DNA from: Ktedonobacterales bacterium
Lineage (GTDB): Bacteria; Chloroflexota; Ktedonobacteria; Ktedonobacterales; JADMIN01
Reading direction: 5' to 3'
Assembly: GCA_036557205.1 (NCBI GenBank)
Contig: DATBIB010000125.1
Location: 132,468-196,467, forward strand
DNA length: 64,000 bases
Position numbers and translations under genes: made by a program. The notes under the pieces are model-generated. The model was not told the origin of the DNA. It saw nothing but the letters and a program-made list of their open reading frames with translations, and did not search any database. Positions 38,546-48,372 of this stretch are shown here, piece after piece (position 1 is the first letter of the stretch; every line of letters starts with the position of its first letter).

Positions 38546-40707
38546 ATGAGACTCCGGCTGACGCCCGGCGCCCGAGTAGGCGTGGCGTGGAAGACGCTCA
38601 TTCACAGTACGCGCCTGCGGGGTCGCTGGCTTCTGCTTGCTCGCGCCACATGGCTGGCCACATCCGCGCTGACGTTGGGGCTATTTATCGCTGGTATCCC
38701 CATTCAATACACGCGCCTGGCGACACCCTGCCCGACGGCATCGTGCGCCAGCGGCCAGCTGCAACCTGTCTCGGTGCGGGCATTGCAAAGTCTTGGACTC
38801 TCGCTCAACTTCTTTGCCAGTTACGCTATCGCGCTCATCCTGATCTTCGCGCTCGTCTATGGTGGGTCGCAGCGCTCATCTTCTGGCGCCGCTCCGATGA
38901 TCACATGGCCATCTTCGTCTCACTGACGCTGCTGATTTTCGGTCTACTCACCTTCAATGGGGTTGCGAGTGCACTAGCGGAGTCACATGCAGGCTTGTGG
39001 TTACCTGTGACCGGCCTCATCTATCTCGGCTCAACGTGCTTCATTCTGTTTCTATTCCTCTTTCCCAACGGCCACTTCGTGCCGCGATGGACACGTTGGA
39101 TCGCACTTGCCTGGATCATCCAGGCGATCCCAGGCGCCTTCTTTCCAACCGCGCCCCTTACCGCAAGCCACTGGTTTACGGCGGCGGGGGTTACCATCTG
39201 GGCGATAGCTCTGGTGACGGTTATCTACTCCAATATGTATCGCTATCGCCACATTTCGAGCGCGCCCCAGCGACAGCAGACGAAGTGGGTTATCCTTGGC
39301 ATTGGCGCGACCGCTATCGGACTACTTGGCGCCTTGGTCGTACTTGATATCCTCGATCCACTGCCGACAACGCCAGGCGCCATGGTAACGACTCTGGTCA
39401 TCGATGCCCTGGTGTACGGCGTCTTGCTGCTCGTCCCCATTTCCATCGGGCTCGCCATGCTCCGCTCGCACCTCTTCGATGTCGACATTCTGATCAACCG
39501 GGCGCTTGTCTACGGCGCGCTCACTGCCTGCGTCGTCGGCGTTTATGTGCTCATCGTCGGCTCGCTCAACGTAGTATTCCAGGCGCGCGGCAACCTGCTG
39601 GTCGCGCTGCTGGCGACGGGCGTCGTCGCCGTGCTATTCCACCCCCTGCGCGAACGCCTTCAGCGCGGCGTGAGTGGGCTGATGTACGGCCTGCGGGATG
39701 AGCCGTACGCGGTCGTCTCGCAGATGTCACAGCGTCTGGAGGCGGCCGTAGCTCCCGACGCGGCGCTGCAAACCGTAGCCGAGACCGTGGCTCAGGCGCT
39801 CAAACTACCCTACGCCGCCGTCGCTCTCATAGAAGTCGATCAACTGAACGTCGCAGTGAGCTATGGAGCGTCAACCGGCGAACTCCTACGCATACCGCTT
39901 ATGTACCAAGGCGAGACACTGGGTGAGCTTCAGATAGGTCCGCGGTCTCCGGGTGACCAGTGGACAGCCGCCGACCGGCATTTACTCGACGAGCTATCGC
40001 GCCATGCAGGGTCTGTTGCGCATGCCGTTCGTCTGAAGAGCGAACTCCAGCGCGCGAATGCGCATCTGGTGGCCGCGCGCGAACGCCTGGTCACGGCACG
40101 TGAAGAGGAGCGCCGTCGCCTGCGTCGCGACCTGCACGATGGGCTGGGGCCTGCGCTCGCCGCTCTCACCCTTAAGGTTGGCGCTGCGCGCAAGCTGCTC
40201 ACGCGCGACTTGCAATCTGCGGACACGCTCCTGGCCGAGCTGGGCGACGACATCCACGCGACCGTCAGCGACATTCGACGTCTCGTCTATGACCTGCGTC
40301 CGCCCACGCTCGATGAGCTTGGGCTGATTGGAGCCATCCGCGAACGGGCGACTCAATACTCTTTCAGCAACGACGGGCTGCGTGTCACCGTGAACGCGCC
40401 GGACCAACTTCCGGTGCTGCCGGCTGCCGTCGAGGTAGCAGCGTATCGCATCGCACAGGAGGCGCTGACAAATGTCGCCCGACATGCGCAAGCCCAAACG
40501 TGCCACGTGAGTATTACGCTCGATGGCGCGTTACAACTTGAGGTCAGTGACGATGGTATTGGCCTCGCGTCCGGGCGCCCGACCGGAATCGGGCTGACCA
40601 CTATGCGCGAGCGAGCCATTGAATTAGGTGGCACATGCACCGTCGAGCCAACAACGCCTGCCGGAACTCGCGTACTGGCGCGCCTACCTATCCAGAAAGA
40701 GGCGTGA
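38546..40707 (+). pseudogene. NarL-class sensor histidine kinase (HisKA_3 + HATPase_c) with an apparent 1-nt frameshift near 38855-38870
   Basis: The membrane N-terminus reads in the frame of ORF 38471..38926 (RWLLLARATWLATSALTLGLFIAGIPIQY...FFASYAIALILIFALVYG). It continues in ORF 38587..40707 (WVAALIFWRRSDDHMAIFVSLTLL...). LRRDLHDGLGPALAAL is the H-box and NVARHAQA...GIGLTTMRERA the ATPase. This is either a sequencing error or a true pseudogene. Confidence 0.7.
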
Positions 40708-40711
40708 GATC

Positions 40712-41362
40712 ATGCCCAGTGAACCTTTGCACGTGCTGATTGCTGACGACCATCCGCTTTTCCGCAATGGCATGCGCGCGTTGCTGGACGCGGACCCAGA
40801 TACCGAGATCGCAGGTGAGGCGACGACAGGCGACGAGGCAGTTGCGCTTGCGACGACGTTACAGCCTGACGTTATTCTCATGGACATTCAAATGCCTGGA
40901 ATCAGCGGGATCGAGGCGACACGCCAGATTCTCCATAGCAACCCGCACATCCGCATTTTGGTCGTCACGATGTTCGAGGATGACCAGTCAGTGTTCACCG
41001 CTATGCGCGCTGGAGCTCGCGGCTACGTCCTGAAAGGGGCACGTCCCGAAGACATGTTGCGCGCGATTCAGGCAGTTGGTAGCGGCGAGGCGATCTTTAG
41101 CCCATCCATCGCGACACGCATGCTCGACTTCTTCAGCGGTCTCAAGCCGTCAACATTCCCACAAGCGCTCCCCGAGCTGACGGATCGCGAGCGGACGATT
41201 CTCGATATGATAGCGCATGGGCAGAGCAACGCCGCCATCGCGAAACAACTCGTCTTGAGCCCAAAAACGGTCTCGAACTACGTATCAAACATCTTCAGTA
41301 AGCTACAGGTGGCTGACCGCGTGCAGGCGATGCTGCGCGCGCGCGAGGCTGGCCTTGGGTAG
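40712..41362 (+). CDS. NarL/FixJ family response regulator (REC + LuxR-type HTH)
   Basis: LHVLIADDHPLFRNG...PDVILMDIQMPGISG (receiver Asp) and LTDRERTILDMIAHGQSNAAIAKQLVLSPKTVSNYVSNIFSKL (LuxR HTH). ATG at 40712. Confidence 0.93.
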   Translation: MPSEPLHVLIADDHPLFRNGMRALLDADPDTEIAGEATTGDEAVALATTLQPDVILMDIQMPGISGIEATRQILHSNPHIRILVVTMFEDDQSVFTAMRAGARGYVLKGARPEDMLRAIQAVGSGEAIFSPSIATRMLDFFSGLKPSTFPQALPELTDRERTILDMIAHGQSNAAIAKQLVLSPKTVSNYVSNIFSKLQVADRVQAMLRAREAGLG

Positions 41363-41660
41363 CCCTGCCGAGCGCGGTCTGCCACCGTACTCATCGACTT
41401 TCGCCACGTCTCTGCCCAACTCACATCTCCATCCTATCTGAATCTCATTTCGATCCCATTTTTTGCCATAGCACACATGGGCATGCTATTGACAGCGCCT
41501 GAGCGCTCCAGACGTATAATTGCAGGATAAGAGAACTCCGGTGCATTGATTGGATACAACACGATCACTATCCTTTCGCGCGATGACGACGTTTGGCGGT
41601 AACCACCATGCCAGTAGTCAGTCGCGCGATGGGACGGCAGCAGGCGCAGAGGAGTGCCCA

Positions 41661-42350
41661 GTGGGCGACGTTCGACAGCAACCAGAGCCCAGCTTCCCCG
41701 ATCGCTACACCACATATGCTGAGCGAGTAGGAATGACCTGGCCTCCCGCAGCTCCCTTTGAGCAGGTGCTCATACGCGCCAAAGGCAGAGACCAGCCCGC
41801 GATTGGTATGCTCTACCACCGATTTCAATCTGCTGTCTTCCGCTACATTCTCTCGCGTGTCGCGGATGTTCCTTCTGCCGAAGACATCACCTCCGAAACT
41901 TTCGTCGCCATGATTCGTGGGATTGCCTCAACGCGGGCAACGGACGAGCTGGGTTTTGCCGCCTGGCTGCTAGGTATTGCCCGCAATCAAGTACTGGTGC
42001 ATTTCCGCCGGACGAAGACGCACCCACAGGTGGAGCTGAAGAAAAAGCACAACGATGAGGCACAGAGCGTCGCCGAGGAGGGCGATCCACTCCTTGTGTT
42101 GATGGCCCGCGAAAGCTGGACCGAGACGATGAATGCCCTGAATCAGCTCCCGCCAGATCAGCGATTGGTCATCCTGTATCGCTGTGTGCTTGGCTATCCC
42201 CTCGACGAGGTGGCAAGCTTCATGTCAAAGAAACCTGGCACCATCAGCGCTTTGCAGTTCCGGGCGCATCTTTCTCTGGCGCGGCGCCTCGATGCTGGCG
42301 CCAGGGCATACGCACAAGAACCGCAACGAAGCTACGGCTACGGAGGTTGA
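41661..42350 (+). CDS. ECF-type sigma-70 family RNA polymerase sigma factor
   Basis: Region 2 reads MLYHRFQSAVFRYILSRVADVPSAEDITSETFV. Region 4 reads LPPDQRLVILYRCVLGYPLDEVASFMSKKPGTISALQFRA. GTG 41661 is preceded by AGAGGAG; the start is uncertain (ATG 41733 is the alternative). Confidence 0.85.
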   Translation: MGDVRQQPEPSFPDRYTTYAERVGMTWPPAAPFEQVLIRAKGRDQPAIGMLYHRFQSAVFRYILSRVADVPSAEDITSETFVAMIRGIASTRATDELGFAAWLLGIARNQVLVHFRRTKTHPQVELKKKHNDEAQSVAEEGDPLLVLMARESWTETMNALNQLPPDQRLVILYRCVLGYPLDEVASFMSKKPGTISALQFRAHLSLARRLDAGARAYAQEPQRSYGYGG

Positions 42351-42360
42351 CACTAGTGCG

Positions 42361-43305
42361 CTATTCCTTGCCGACATTCACCGCTGTGGAAGGGGCAGGG
42401 CCATCGCCCGGTGAGGATTTAGCTGGAGTCGCCCAAAGGGCCGCGCTGTCCCACATCGGTCCAAAAGCGTGTGGCAGCGGTTGCGGCTGAATGTGGCGTA
42501 GCTCGCACTGCCGCAGATGCTCACGAATGCAGGCGCGTGCGATATCGGGGGTATTGTTCGTTCGGCTCAGGTGGGCGAGCCATATCCAGCGTGGCCCATC
42601 GTCCAGCACACTCGCCAGCGCCAGTTTCGTCTGATCGTTGGAGAGATGACCCGTCGGGCCGAGAATGCGCTGCTTGAGGTACCAGGGATAGGGACCGTTC
42701 AAGAGCCGGTCGTGGTCGTGATTCGCCTCGATAATGATCAAATGCGCTGCCCGCATGGCTTCGAGCATTGCGTCGGTCACCATCCCCGTATCGGTCGCCA
42801 CGAAGACACGCCAGGCGGCGCTGGAGAGCACGTAGCCACACGGAGCCACGGCGTCATGTGAGACAGGAAAGCTCGCGATCTCCAGCCTGCCCCATGACAA
42901 TGCATGCCCAACAGGCATCTCGACGCGCTCCGGTGGCGGCGCGCCCGGCATGCCGCGTTCTGGCATCGCGCAGAGCGCATTGAGCGTGCGCGGATCGGCA
43001 ATGAGCGGGATGCCAAAGAGGCGGGCGAAAGTCCGCGCGCCACCAGCATGATCGGAGTGCTCGTGCGTAATCAGGATGGCGCTGATATCCTCTGGCCTGA
43101 CATTCGCCTGATGCAGGCGGCTTTTCAGTTCCCTCAGCGGAAAGCCATCATCCACCAAAACGGTCGTCGTGTCGTTCTGTACGAGGATGGCATTCCCGTC
43201 GCTGCCGCTGCCAAGTGAAACTACCCGCACGACACACCACACTTTCGCCAGAGAGCGTACATGCTGAATACAGCGCAAAAATGACGCGACGAGGACACCA
43301 GCCAC
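42361..43305 (-). CDS. MBL-fold metallo-hydrolase
   Basis: VVSLGSGSDGNAILV...ILITHEHSDHAGG (the HxHxDH motif) and a later AHLS. The start is probably an internal GTG about 75 nt downstream of 43305. Confidence 0.85.
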   Translation of the reverse strand: MAGVLVASFLRCIQHVRSLAKVWCVVRVVSLGSGSDGNAILVQNDTTTVLVDDGFPLRELKSRLHQANVRPEDISAILITHEHSDHAGGARTFARLFGIPLIADPRTLNALCAMPERGMPGAPPPERVEMPVGHALSWGRLEIASFPVSHDAVAPCGYVLSSAAWRVFVATDTGMVTDAMLEAMRAAHLIIIEANHDHDRLLNGPYPWYLKQRILGPTGHLSNDQTKLALASVLDDGPRWIWLAHLSRTNNTPDIARACIREHLRQCELRHIQPQPLPHAFGPMWDSAALWATPAKSSPGDGPAPSTAVNVGKE

Positions 43306-43365
43306 GAACCATACACTGGCCGTCTCCGCCTATCGTATCCCGCGCCCGGTGTGAGCGCAAGTCAC

Positions 43366-44220
43366 TCACCCCTTGGCGAGCGCCGTGCCGAGCAGTGTGG
43401 CGGCATTGCCACCGAGCGCCAGTGCGAGATCAGTATCAGACAGACCCGACGCGCGCGCATAGTCCAGCATGCGCCGCTGACCCAGCAGCGGAAAGTCGCT
43501 GGCCCACAAAATCTTTTCCGGCCCGGCGATACGTGCGACGATAGCAAAAATCTCAGGCCGGTAGAGATAAAGCGAGGCGGCGGAATCATACCAGAGATGC
43601 GCGGCTGCCGCGTGAACCTCTGGCATCAGCTCATAGAACGGATATCCCCCTCCCCAATGCGACGCGACAATGCGAAGATCGGGAAACGCTACCAGAAACG
43701 CCTGCAACTCGGCAGGCGTCACGTCACCCTTGCCGGCGTAGAGATGGCCAATTGGCTCGCTCGTATGCGTCAAGACAAAGAGATCGTAGGCCCGCGCGAC
43801 CTCGGCAAGTGGCTCGAAATGCTTGGTCTCGCTTAGTCGATAGCCCTGGCCATGTGGCATGAGCTCACCGATGCCAGGCATACCCGCACGCGCGCACCGC
43901 TCCACCTCGGCGACCGCCCGCGCGCCCGCCAGTGGCTGTGTCGCCGCCAGCCCGATAATGCGCCCTGGATACCACCGCATCGCCTCAATCACATAGCTAT
44001 TACAGTCCTCGATCAGCCCAGGATCGCTCCAGCCGAACGGGAACGTGACCGAGCAGTCGACGCCGTCGGCATCCATCGAAGCCACCAGATCATTCGCGTC
44101 AGCCATTTTAGCTCGCGGGCTACTGTACAGCTCGGCGAACCATGGGTCGCGCACAACAAATCGTTCTCTCTGCGCGACGATTTCCGGTGGAAAGACATGG
44201 GTGTGGAAGTCAATAATCAT
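43366..44220 (-). CDS. amidohydrolase-family (TIM-barrel metal-dependent) hydrolase
   Basis: MIIDFHTHVFPPEIV is the HxH metal site. LTHTSEP, ASHWGGG and WASDFP are typical of amidohydrolase_2-like proteins. Confidence 0.85.
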   Translation of the reverse strand: MIIDFHTHVFPPEIVAQRERFVVRDPWFAELYSSPRAKMADANDLVASMDADGVDCSVTFPFGWSDPGLIEDCNSYVIEAMRWYPGRIIGLAATQPLAGARAVAEVERCARAGMPGIGELMPHGQGYRLSETKHFEPLAEVARAYDLFVLTHTSEPIGHLYAGKGDVTPAELQAFLVAFPDLRIVASHWGGGYPFYELMPEVHAAAAHLWYDSAASLYLYRPEIFAIVARIAGPEKILWASDFPLLGQRRMLDYARASGLSDTDLALALGGNAATLLGTALAKG

Positions 44221-44536
44221 GAGCCTGGCTCCTTGCGGCGCGGATCGCAGCTAGTGATATATGGGCTGGAGCAGTATAGCACGCCGCTATGCGTGCATTG
44301 TGCGCCTGGCTCGTGTCGGGGGCTGGCCGGAGATGGCAGCATTTCCAAGTTGGGAGCTATGGTATACTGGTGACAATCCCAGCGTCCGGTATGTAGGTCG
44401 TATGAGTATGCGCACCGCGGGTCGGTCCATGAGGTACAATATATACTGAGTCGCTTTGGGTTGGCGCGGCGGGAGCTCAATCGCCACGGCGCATCCCGCA
44501 AGCAGCCGGAATTGGATTCCGAAAGGAGCCTGACAC

Positions 44537-44719
44537 TTGGATTCTACGAAGACATCGCACGGCGCGCCGCATGGATGGCTGCCTGCCGAGCAGCCTGCAT
44601 TGGGCGATGACCCTGAACTCTCCGAGAGCGAGGAGCTTACCGAGGAGTTGTGCGAGGCAACGATTGTCCGACTTGATTCCTCAGCGTTCGAGGCGCTCTT
44701 CCAGAAGGCTCGCGCCTGA
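44537..44719 (+). CDS. possible small acidic protein (60 aa)
   Basis: TTG start lies 8 nt after AAGGAG (44523-44528). The product is (M)DSTKTSHGAPHGWLPAEQPALGDDPELSESEELTEELCEATIVRLDSSAFEALFQKARA. No family recognised; it sits in a 600-nt gap. Confidence 0.3.
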   Translation: MDSTKTSHGAPHGWLPAEQPALGDDPELSESEELTEELCEATIVRLDSSAFEALFQKARA

Positions 44720-44815
44720 ACAGCCGACCAACCCTCTGGCGTTTCGCCATCCTGAGTCTCACCGGCGCACACGCGTCGTATCAAGACCCAGAAAGCGAAA
44801 GGTGATACGGTATCA

Positions 44816-45784
44816 ATGGAAGTCATCAAAGTCACTCCACGCGGGTACTGCTATGGTGTTGTGGATGCGATGGAAATTGCGCGGAAAGCGGCCAGAGATC
44901 CTTCGCTGCCGCGTCCCATATATATCATTGGCCTCATCGTTCACAATCGCTTTGCTGTAGAGGAGCTCAACCGGCTTGGCGTCCGCACGCTCGATGGACC
45001 AAATCGGGCGGCGATTCTCGATCAGGCGCCTGAGGGAACCGTTATCTTCACGGCGCATGGTGTCTCTCCCCGCGTCAAGGAGCGCGCCCACGAGCACGGC
45101 CTGCATGTGATCGACGCGACCTGTCCCGATGTGACCAAAACGCACGACCTCGTGCTTGAATTCGCGGCTCGCGGCTACCAGATTCTCTACATCGGCAAGA
45201 AAGGTCATCCCGAACCGGAAGGCGTCGTAGGTGAGGCGCCGGACGCCGTCTATCTGGTAGAGACTGAGGCGGATCTCGACGCGCTACCTGAGCGTATTCT
45301 GCATGCTGAAAACCTCATGGTGACCACCCAGACAACGCTCAGTCAGTGGGATACGAGACGACTGGTCGAGGCGATATGCAGGCGATTCCCGCATGCCGAA
45401 GTCTATAACGAGATTTGTAAGGCAACGCAGGATCGGCAGGAGGCGGTTGCGCGCATGGCGCGCGGCGCGGATCTGACCATCGTCGTCGGTGATCCACGCA
45501 GCAACAATACCAATCGGCTCGTCCAGGTGGCCGAGGAGCTGGCTGGCAGCCCCGCGATTCGCATCGAGTCGCTTGCTGACCTGCCGCCAGGCATCCTGGA
45601 AGGCAAGCAGCGCGTGGCAATTACCGCTGGCGCATCCACCCCTAGCCAGATTGCCCGTGAAGTCATTCACTACGTGCAAAACGTTGGTATATCCACCCGT
45701 ATACTTCCGCAGTTTGATGGAGAGGAGCCATCATCCCAGTCTGCCAAGTCCACGACTGTATCTGCAATGAGGGAAGACGCCTAG
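44816..45784 (+). CDS. ispH: 4-hydroxy-3-methylbut-2-enyl diphosphate reductase
   Basis: PRGYCYGVVDAMEIA, IVHNRFAVEEL, FTAHGVSP, DATCPDVTKTH, TTQTTLS, ICKATQDRQ, VVGDPRSNNTNRL and AGASTP, including the three conserved Cys. Confidence 0.95.
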   Translation: MEVIKVTPRGYCYGVVDAMEIARKAARDPSLPRPIYIIGLIVHNRFAVEELNRLGVRTLDGPNRAAILDQAPEGTVIFTAHGVSPRVKERAHEHGLHVIDATCPDVTKTHDLVLEFAARGYQILYIGKKGHPEPEGVVGEAPDAVYLVETEADLDALPERILHAENLMVTTQTTLSQWDTRRLVEAICRRFPHAEVYNEICKATQDRQEAVARMARGADLTIVVGDPRSNNTNRLVQVAEELAGSPAIRIESLADLPPGILEGKQRVAITAGASTPSQIAREVIHYVQNVGISTRILPQFDGEEPSSQSAKSTTVSAMREDA

Positions 45785-46022
45785 CCAGTACGACAGGCGC
45801 CTCTTTCCTCATTCGGGCCGTGTAGGGGGCTTACTCTTTGCACATGTGGCCTGTTTGTTTGAAAGGGCGCCGGTACTCGCCTGACGTTAGCCTGACGTTC
45901 TATGGAGGAATGGAAGCGTTCGTCAACCGCCGCGGCCTGCCTGTAACGTGTGCGCATCGGTAGCGCCGATGGCAGGAAAACAGGTTAGTCGCGTGGTGAG
46001 CGCTTTCGGAGGGACCGGCACA

Positions 46023-48284
46023 ATGAAAAGCCTGAGCGTTATCCTCGCAGAAGAATCACTCTGTTCCCTGCGTGAGTTGGCGGGATGGTGGGGCGCTGAG
46101 CCGCCTGCCAGCGATACCGCCGAAGCGCGCCAGAAACTCGAACGCGCGATGCGCGATACAATTGCCGCGCGTTTCGTATGGGAGCATCTGACCGAGGATG
46201 AGCGTCGCGTCCTTTTTGCCGTGGCTGGGCCATCCGCGCGAAATTGGTGTCTGGTTGAGAGCATCGCTGACCGCACGCACCTCGACGAAGACGAGGCCGA
46301 GGCGACACTCAATCGGCTGGTCGAGCGCCATCTGGTCTTTGTCGAAACGGCGAAGGTCCAAGGCACCGAGCTTATTGGGCAGCGAGTGACCTTTTACGGC
46401 TACTCCGCGCCACGCAATACCCAGGCAGCCATCGAGGAGAAACGCATCGCCTACGTGCCTACAGAACTGGTGACCAGCCTGTACGCGAGTGGCCGCGAGC
46501 TTTACATTTCTCACGCCGATCGCTCTGACAAGACCATGGATGAGCTGCTCATGCCCTATCGCCAGGGCGACCTCGATCAGATCGGGCGCCGATTCGGGCT
46601 CAGCGTTCAGGCGTATTATTCGCGCAATGAGGTGCGTGCCGCCATCGCCGAAAATCTCACACAGGCTGAAGCGGTACGCTATGCGCTGGCGCGGGTGGAT
46701 ACAAGGGTACAGGCGACCTACGACTGGCTGCGTAGCCGTGGTGGGCGAGTCACCGTCAACGCCATACGCGCGCAGACGCATCTCACCGAGTGGGAGCTTT
46801 CCGCGCTCATCCACACCTTCGAAGAATATGCTCTGGCGTTCGATACCTTCAGTGAGGGCGAGCGGATTCTCTTTCTGCCGAAGGAAACGCTGGCAAATCT
46901 CGCCCGCGCCGATGGACGCCCGCATGCTGCTGTTGGTCTTCAGGAGACCGACATCCCGCAGGCCGTGCGCCCCGCCGATACCACCTTCATCTGGGATATC
47001 GCGGTACTGGTCGCGGCATCCTATGGGCAGGAGATCGAGCTAACGCGGTCCGGGACTCTTCCAAAACGGGCGGCTCAACGACTGACGCCAATACTCCTTG
47101 GTGAGCGCGCGCGCCGAAGCGAGCGCGAGGCGCTCGACTATGTGGATCTTCTCAAGCAGCAGGCGCATGACCTTGGCCTGGTGGTGGCATCGCCCTCGAC
47201 CGCGCGCCAACGCAACGAGCTCAAGCCGGGACAGAAGCTTGATTCGTGGGCGCGACACGATCTCGTCATGCAGGTGCGTCGGTTGTTCCGTCGCTGGCCA
47301 ACCGATCGCTGGTGGATCGATACGCCAGGCGCTGGCTATCACGAGTTCCACTCGTTCTATATCGAGATTCCGCTGGCGCGCGAACTGGTAACGCGCCTGC
47401 TCAAACGGTGCAAAACCGGCGTGTGGTACTCTCTCGACTCGTTCCGGGCGACGCTGCAAAGCGATGATCCATACATATTGCGCCCATCGCAGCGCTGTGC
47501 GGGGGAGGCCGGGTTCAAGCTGGCCGAAGAGTTGCGCGCGCATTGGGACGCCACCGATGGCGAGATTATCACCGGGATGTTCCGCTCGACGCTTTACGAC
47601 CTGGGTATGGTGGCGCTCGGCTATCATCGCGAGGTGGTTCCTACCGCGAACGAGCAAATCAATCCCGATAGCTTCATGCTCACCGAGCTTGGCGCCGAGG
47701 TGCTCGCCAGTGAGCAGAGCGCCAGCCAGATGTTCTCGTCGCGTGCGTTGGTCGTTCAGCCCAACTTCCAGGTGCTGTTGATGGAACCCTACATGCCCGC
47801 GATCTACTGGCTTTTGCGCTTCGCGTCGCTCGACCAGATGGGTCGGGTCAGCCAGTTCACACTCACTCGTGAGGCGCTTCGGCGCGGCATGGCGGACGGC
47901 ACGACCGTTGACGACGTGTTGCGCTTCTTGCAAACGCACAGCCAGAAGTCGCTGCCGCAAAACGTGATCTATACCCTGCGCGACTGGGCGCGCCAAAGTC
48001 ATGAGACTCCACAGCCGCGAATTACGCTGCTGGAGGTCAACGACGAAGCACTTGCGGGCGAGCTGGTCACGTCACCAAAACTGCGCGCCTATCGCCTGCG
48101 ACGTGTCGGACCGAAATCAGTAGCTGTGCCACCAGAGACAAGCCTGGGCGACCTCCACCGCACGCTCACACGGCTGGGGTACGCCAAGAAATTGCGGAGC
48201 GGCTTCGAGGAGCTGGTCGCTGCCGCCCTGCCAGCGCGCCGTCGCTCGCGACGCGATGACACCGCCGCAGCCGCCGGTGCGTGA
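46023..48284 (+). CDS. large helicase-associated protein (resembles the XPB/Ssl2 N-terminal / Helicase_C_3-type domain) with no ATPase motifs
   Basis: ATG 46023 follows GGAGGGA. The C-terminal block LVVQPNFQVLLMEPYMPAIYWLLRFASLDQMGRVSQFTLTREALRRGMADGTTVDDVLRFLQTHSQKSLPQNVIYTLRDWA matches, from my memory, the domain found in bacterial XPB partners. I saw no Walker A/B. Confidence 0.55.
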   Translation: MKSLSVILAEESLCSLRELAGWWGAEPPASDTAEARQKLERAMRDTIAARFVWEHLTEDERRVLFAVAGPSARNWCLVESIADRTHLDEDEAEATLNRLVERHLVFVETAKVQGTELIGQRVTFYGYSAPRNTQAAIEEKRIAYVPTELVTSLYASGRELYISHADRSDKTMDELLMPYRQGDLDQIGRRFGLSVQAYYSRNEVRAAIAENLTQAEAVRYALARVDTRVQATYDWLRSRGGRVTVNAIRAQTHLTEWELSALIHTFEEYALAFDTFSEGERILFLPKETLANLARADGRPHAAVGLQETDIPQAVRPADTTFIWDIAVLVAASYGQEIELTRSGTLPKRAAQRLTPILLGERARRSEREALDYVDLLKQQAHDLGLVVASPSTARQRNELKPGQKLDSWARHDLVMQVRRLFRRWPTDRWWIDTPGAGYHEFHSFYIEIPLARELVTRLLKRCKTGVWYSLDSFRATLQSDDPYILRPSQRCAGEAGFKLAEELRAHWDATDGEIITGMFRSTLYDLGMVALGYHREVVPTANEQINPDSFMLTELGAEVLASEQSASQMFSSRALVVQPNFQVLLMEPYMPAIYWLLRFASLDQMGRVSQFTLTREALRRGMADGTTVDDVLRFLQTHSQKSLPQNVIYTLRDWARQSHETPQPRITLLEVNDEALAGELVTSPKLRAYRLRRVGPKSVAVPPETSLGDLHRTLTRLGYAKKLRSGFEELVAAALPARRRSRRDDTAAAAGA

Positions 48285-48332
48285 GCCACGCGCGCGACGT
48301 TCGTGAGCGCTGGCACATCATTCACTTCAAGG

Positions 48333-48372
48333 GACCGGGTGGGTATTCTCCCATTCCGGTCTTTCTTCTTCC
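48333..48372 (+). terminator. rho-independent terminator candidate
   Basis: GACCGGGTGGG-TATTCT-CCCATTCCGGTC followed by TTTCTTCTTCC, about 50 nt after the stop at 48284. Confidence 0.6.

Noticed and set aside
41489-41520. Near-consensus TTGACA ... TATAAT pair upstream of the ECF sigma gene
   Set aside because: The spacer counts to 20 nt, outside the functional 16-18-nt range for sigma70-type promoters. It is not reported as a feature, although a shifted -35 could still make it functional.
42184-42414. ORF 42184..42414 as a candidate anti-sigma factor downstream of the ECF sigma gene
   Set aside because: It overlaps the 3' end of the sigma gene in another frame and runs into the convergent MBL hydrolase gene. 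It has no zinc-binding HxxxCxxC or TM segment typical of anti-sigma factors.
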